From assembly GCA_965202985.1 (NCBI GenBank), contig CBDBCF010000001.1:384001-448000 (forward strand): 64,000 nucleotides of DNA, read 5' to 3'. Under the pieces are notes generated by a model. That model saw nothing but the letters and a program-made list of their open reading frames with translations, had not been told where the DNA came from and did no database searches. Positions 60,091 through 64,000 of this stretch are shown here, piece after piece (the stretch's first letter is position 1; every line of letters starts with the position of its first letter). The position numbers were made by a program, and so were the translations under genes. This stretch comes from Longimicrobiales bacterium (lineage in GTDB: Bacteria; Gemmatimonadota; Gemmatimonadetes; Longimicrobiales; Gaopeijiaceae).

Positions 60091-61488
60091 CTAACTTCTT
60101 CCGCCCCTCGACAGATTGCAATGCCGGTGCACCAGTCTGGCGTTCTCAGGAATGGTAGCTCCTCCTCGCCAGTAGTGCTCGTCGTGATCAAGGGCGGCAT
60201 CATCTATGAGACGGACATCGTTGCCACAGATTGCGCAGGTAGAATTTTGCTCAAACATTTCCTTCTTCAACTGCCGCGAAAATACTCGACTACTATCGGC
60301 GGGCCGCGAATCTTTCAACAGCAGATCAAGTCTAGACGACCAAGTGTCGAAGACGTAAGACAACCTTGTCTTTTCCCCGGTTGCACGACGAACGCAATCA
60401 ATCCAACGATCATCGCGTGTGATCAAGTCTATGTATTCTTCGTGAATGCGATCTGCCATGCTAGTAATCTGGCCCAGGCTGTACGGCGAAAAAGAGGTGG
60501 AAATGCATTGAAACACAGAAGCGTTGACCCGTGTAGCCCATTCGGTAGAATGAGAACCCTTCTTCGGGTCGTTCCTCAAGCGAAATCCCATATCGCCGAA
60601 CACGGTGAATGAGGCTTTCATGCATTTATCGAAGACATTCCTGAATTCGGTCAGCTTCTTCTCGGAAGGATTGCGGTATGTTTCCAAGAAGTCATTCAAG
60701 AACTTCTTCAAGCCATGAGTGCATTTATGATGGGTTCGCTCATAGAAAGCCATGAATCTGAGAACAAGAGCCCGATCGTTCATTCTCTTCTGAAGCGTGC
60801 TTTGATTCACGTACTTGACGAAGTGGGTATTGCTCGACAGTTCCTTGATCAAGGTGTTGGTGGTTCCTTTGTATATGCAGTTCCTGATTTCCGTGTCGTT
60901 GAGCTTTGTGCCGCCGGTATTGAGTCGCTCGAAGACGATAAAGTGAATGTCTGGATCCGTACTGCTCGACAGTTCGAACGATCTAAGCGTAGCATTCTTG
61001 AGCGTCCGCTGACTAGCTTCGTCAAGATCGCTAAACCGCTTCCCATTGAGTTCGCGTCTGATGTTCAGACCGATCAGCTTATATTTGTCAGCAAAGAAAT
61101 TGAAAACGGACGTGAGACGTTGAAGGCCGTCAATTACTTCATATCGTTGGTCTTGAGTTCGGGAAAGGTAGACTACCGGTACCGGGATATTGAGCAAGAA
61201 CGATTCGATTAGCTTTGATGCCTGCGGATTGCTCCACACGTAGTTTCTTTGCCATTCTGGATCAAGGACTAGCTCGTTGTCGTCGTGCCAGCGCCTAAAT
61301 TCCCAAAGACTTCTGTCGCTCTTCTCCAAGGAAATGCGTGAACTAGACGCATTCAAGACACCTTCGTCACTGCCTTCAAAGTCCGAATCTTCCGGCAAGG
61401 CCAGGTCGTGGTCTTGTTGTTCCACCGCATCGTCGCCACTATCGGGCGTGACAGGCGTTGTGGCGTCCTGCGGTGTTTCTCTTGTCAT
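60091..61488 (-). CDS. GmrSD-like DUF262 protein with C-terminal HNH nuclease
   Basis: 'WQRNYVW', 'IDGLQRLT', 'FERLNTGG', then 'CAICG..DHD..RGG.T..EN..HRHCN'. Low GC; AAGGAAGG before ATG 61488. Confidence 0.87.
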   Translation of the reverse strand: MTRETPQDATTPVTPDSGDDAVEQQDHDLALPEDSDFEGSDEGVLNASSSRISLEKSDRSLWEFRRWHDDNELVLDPEWQRNYVWSNPQASKLIESFLLNIPVPVVYLSRTQDQRYEVIDGLQRLTSVFNFFADKYKLIGLNIRRELNGKRFSDLDEASQRTLKNATLRSFELSSSTDPDIHFIVFERLNTGGTKLNDTEIRNCIYKGTTNTLIKELSSNTHFVKYVNQSTLQKRMNDRALVLRFMAFYERTHHKCTHGLKKFLNDFLETYRNPSEKKLTEFRNVFDKCMKASFTVFGDMGFRLRNDPKKGSHSTEWATRVNASVFQCISTSFSPYSLGQITSMADRIHEEYIDLITRDDRWIDCVRRATGEKTRLSYVFDTWSSRLDLLLKDSRPADSSRVFSRQLKKEMFEQNSTCAICGNDVRLIDDAALDHDEHYWRGGATIPENARLVHRHCNLSRGGRS

Positions 61489-61556
61489 CGACCCTTCCTT
61501 GCGTTTTCTGGAGTTCACTTTCGACGCCGACGGATGGAGTTCGGCACCAGCCGTCG

Positions 61557-64000
61557 CTAGTGCCGTTCGCCCATTTCCGCTCCGTCGTCCATCACGGCCG
61601 GAACCATCGCCAAGCGGAACGGCTGGCTCCGCGCCACTTCCTTGACGAACACGTCCAGGCGCCAGTCGGCTTCGCCGGCCGCTCGGGCTATGCGGCGGAC
61701 CGCAGGCATGTCGGCGTGCTCGACGCGGCGTCCCACGGCATAGGCCAGCAGGTTCTCGGCGAAGGTGCGGGCCAGCGGCTCGGGGCGGCTCAGCAGCGCG
61801 GCCCGCAGGTCGTCCGGGCCGTGGATGGCGGTGCCGTCGTACAGTTCGCCGGCGGTCTCCACGGGCGTGCCGTTGTCGCGCACGCGCCAAGCGCCGGTCA
61901 CGTCGAAGTTCTCCAGGGCCAGGCCGATGGGGTCGATCACGCGGTGGCACGAGGTGCACGCCGGGTTGGCGCGGTGCTCCTCCAGGCGCTCGCGGACCGT
62001 CAGGAACCGGCCTTCGGCGGCGCCTTCGGTGGCCTCCAGCTCGGGCACGTCCGGCGGAGGGGGCGGCGGCGGGGTCCCCAGCAGCACTTCCATGACCCAC
62101 TTGCCCCGCAGCACTGGGGATGTGCGGTTGGCGTGGGACGTGAGGGTCAGGATGCTGCCGTGGCCCAGGACGCCCCGACGTTCGCCGCGCGCATACGGCA
62201 CCTCGCGGAAGTGGTCTCCGGCCACGCCCGATATGCCGTAGTGGCGGGCCAGGCGTTCGTTCATGTAGGAGTAATCCGCCGACAGGAGGTCCGCCAGCGT
62301 GCCGCCCCCCTGCATCAGCGCGTTGAAGAACGTCTCGGTCTCGCGGCGCATGTCGCGCGCCAGCTGCTCGTAGAAGTCGGGGAACCGAAGGGCGTCGGGG
62401 TGCACTTTGTCCAGGTCCTGCAAGCGCAGCCACTGGGACGCGAAGCGAGTGCCCAGCGCTTCCGAACGCGGGTCGGCCAGCATTCGTTCCAGTTGGGCGT
62501 CGAAGACGGCGGGCTCCAACAGGCCGCCGGAAGCCGCCGCCTGGACCAGCGCGGCGTCGGGAGGCCGTCCCCACAGGAAGAACGACAGGCGCGACGCCAA
62601 CGCGGGAGCGGCGACCGGGTAGACTTGGCCCGGACGCGCGTCCGACGCCGGCGCCTCGAAGCGGAAGATGAAGTCGGGGCTGGCCAGGACGCCCTGAAGC
62701 GCCGTGCGCACTCCGATGTCGAAGCCTCCGTCCGCCGCGCCCAGTGCGAACAGCTCCATGAGACCGTTGATCTCGGGCTCGGAGACCGGGCGGCGAAAGG
62801 CCCGCGTGGCCAAGCCGCTCACGATCTCCCGGGCGCACGACCGCGCCCCCGTCGAGGCCGAGGCCGGGCGGGAGGAAGCTGCGTCCGTGCCCGATGCCGC
62901 TTCCACGCCCAACACCGCTTCGCGCTCCGCCTCGGGCCGGCAGGTCGCGATCCGGTCCGACGCCGGCGTGCGCGAGACGCCCGTCACGTTGTACGGCCCG
63001 CCGATCGTCATGTCCCGCAGGTGGGCCAAGCCCGTGATCCCGTACGAATAGCCGATCTTCTTGTCGGCCAGCGACCAGCCGTGGGGCGAAGTCAGGTCCT
63101 CCACCGGCCCTTCCGCCACCTTCAAGAACGCGGCCGACACGCGGTGCGGTCCCGCCGAGACCTTGATCGGGTCGGTGACGACCTCCACGCCCATGGGGTC
63201 CTGGCGGTGCATCCAGCGGTCCAGGGGAATCAGAGCGACCCGCGCGCCGTCGATCGACACTTCCACGTGCTCGTCGAAGGGCGCTGTCTGGCCGAAGAAG
63301 TTGCCGGTGGATTCGTGCTGGAACGCCAGCCGGAAGTAGTACTCGCCGTCGGCCACGAAGTTGTGCACCACCGAAATGCCGCCTCGGGTGCCGAACGGCG
63401 CGCCCGGCACGTGCTCGCGCTGCTCGGCGTAGCGGGAGACCTCGTAGGTGGCCTCGGACGGCGTGGCGGCAGCGTCTCCCAGCGCCAAGCGGCTGACCTC
63501 GCTGGCCGCGGTCAGGTAGGCCTCCAGCAAGGTGGCCGACAGGTTCTGCACGTCGGCGATGTTGTCGAAGCCCGCGCTCACCGTCTCGCCCGGCAAGTAG
63601 GCGGAGGCGTCGATCTCGATCCCCAGCAGGTCGTGGACGGCGCGCTGGTACTCGGCACGGTTGAGGCGCTGGAAGGTGCGGCTTCCCGGGTTCGGGTTGC
63701 GCGCGGCGGCCGCGTCGATCCGCTCTTCCATCGACGCCGCCAGCGCTTGCAGCACCTCCGGTTCGGGCCGGCGCGCCCCCGGCGGCGGCATCATTCCGGC
63801 CCGGAGCTTCCGGATCATCTTCTCGGCGACGGGCACGTTCGCGACCGGATTGGCGGCGTCGAACTCTTCCAGCGACAGGTTGCCGCGCAGCCGGCGCTCG
63901 TTGTGGCACCGCACGCAGTACTGCTGGACGACCTCGTTGTCGATGTCGAACGCGACGGCTCGATCGGGGGGCCGAGGGGCAGGCGCGGGCGACGACGCCG
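61557..64000 (-). CDS. DUF1592-family cytochrome c-like protein, copy 2 (5' end beyond the window)
   Basis: 'CVRCH', 'RLNRAEY', 'TSPVLRGKW', 'CTSCH'; paralogue of 47904-50534. Confidence 0.9.
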   Translation of the reverse strand, partial: ASSPAPAPRPPDRAVAFDIDNEVVQQYCVRCHNERRLRGNLSLEEFDAANPVANVPVAEKMIRKLRAGMMPPPGARRPEPEVLQALAASMEERIDAAAARNPNPGSRTFQRLNRAEYQRAVHDLLGIEIDASAYLPGETVSAGFDNIADVQNLSATLLEAYLTAASEVSRLALGDAAATPSEATYEVSRYAEQREHVPGAPFGTRGGISVVHNFVADGEYYFRLAFQHESTGNFFGQTAPFDEHVEVSIDGARVALIPLDRWMHRQDPMGVEVVTDPIKVSAGPHRVSAAFLKVAEGPVEDLTSPHGWSLADKKIGYSYGITGLAHLRDMTIGGPYNVTGVSRTPASDRIATCRPEAEREAVLGVEAASGTDAASSRPASASTGARSCAREIVSGLATRAFRRPVSEPEINGLMELFALGAADGGFDIGVRTALQGVLASPDFIFRFEAPASDARPGQVYPVAAPALASRLSFFLWGRPPDAALVQAAASGGLLEPAVFDAQLERMLADPRSEALGTRFASQWLRLQDLDKVHPDALRFPDFYEQLARDMRRETETFFNALMQGGGTLADLLSADYSYMNERLARHYGISGVAGDHFREVPYARGERRGVLGHGSILTLTSHANRTSPVLRGKWVMEVLLGTPPPPPPPDVPELEATEGAAEGRFLTVRERLEEHRANPACTSCHRVIDPIGLALENFDVTGAWRVRDNGTPVETAGELYDGTAIHGPDDLRAALLSRPEPLARTFAENLLAYAVGRRVEHADMPAVRRIARAAGEADWRLDVFVKEVARSQPFRLAMVPAVMDDGAEMGERH

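Noticed and set aside
60091..63909. 1272-aa ORF suggesting a large fusion to DUF262
   Set aside because: The first ~800 aa are an alternative frame of the DUF1592 gene; a good RBS and ATG sit at 61488.

Overview
High-GC bacterial window, almost entirely minus-strand genes. The gene style (giant cadherin autotransporter, secreted ankyrins, DUF1592/DUF1552 operons, Rpn and AAA-ATPase paralogues) suggests a Gemmatimonadota-like, possibly sponge-associated symbiont; this is inference only. In order: TonB-dependent receptor; methyltransferase; orphan Zn-independent rpsN; DEDDh exonuclease; rex; ahcY; a complete archaeal-style nurA-herA-mre11(sbcD)-rad50(sbcC) cluster headed by a decayed AAA-ATPase/nuclease; a 3457-aa repeat adhesin whose probable true start is held out of frame by a 37-nt poly-C tract (candidate phase-variation switch); a frameshifted fic; an amidohydrolase; an itaconate/C5-dicarboxylyl-CoA-type trio coupled to a large TPR/DUF2325-like gene; a decaying low-GC island (IS1182-like element, two near-identical ISL3 copies, broken sacsin-like ATPase); and two paralogous DUF1592-DUF1552-ankyrin operons separated by an rpn gene with an internal start. 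The second operon is split by a GmrSD-HNH / Type IIG R-M / AAA-nuclease cassette. No rRNA, tRNA or CRISPR array was seen. All family calls come from motifs read by eye, not database searches.
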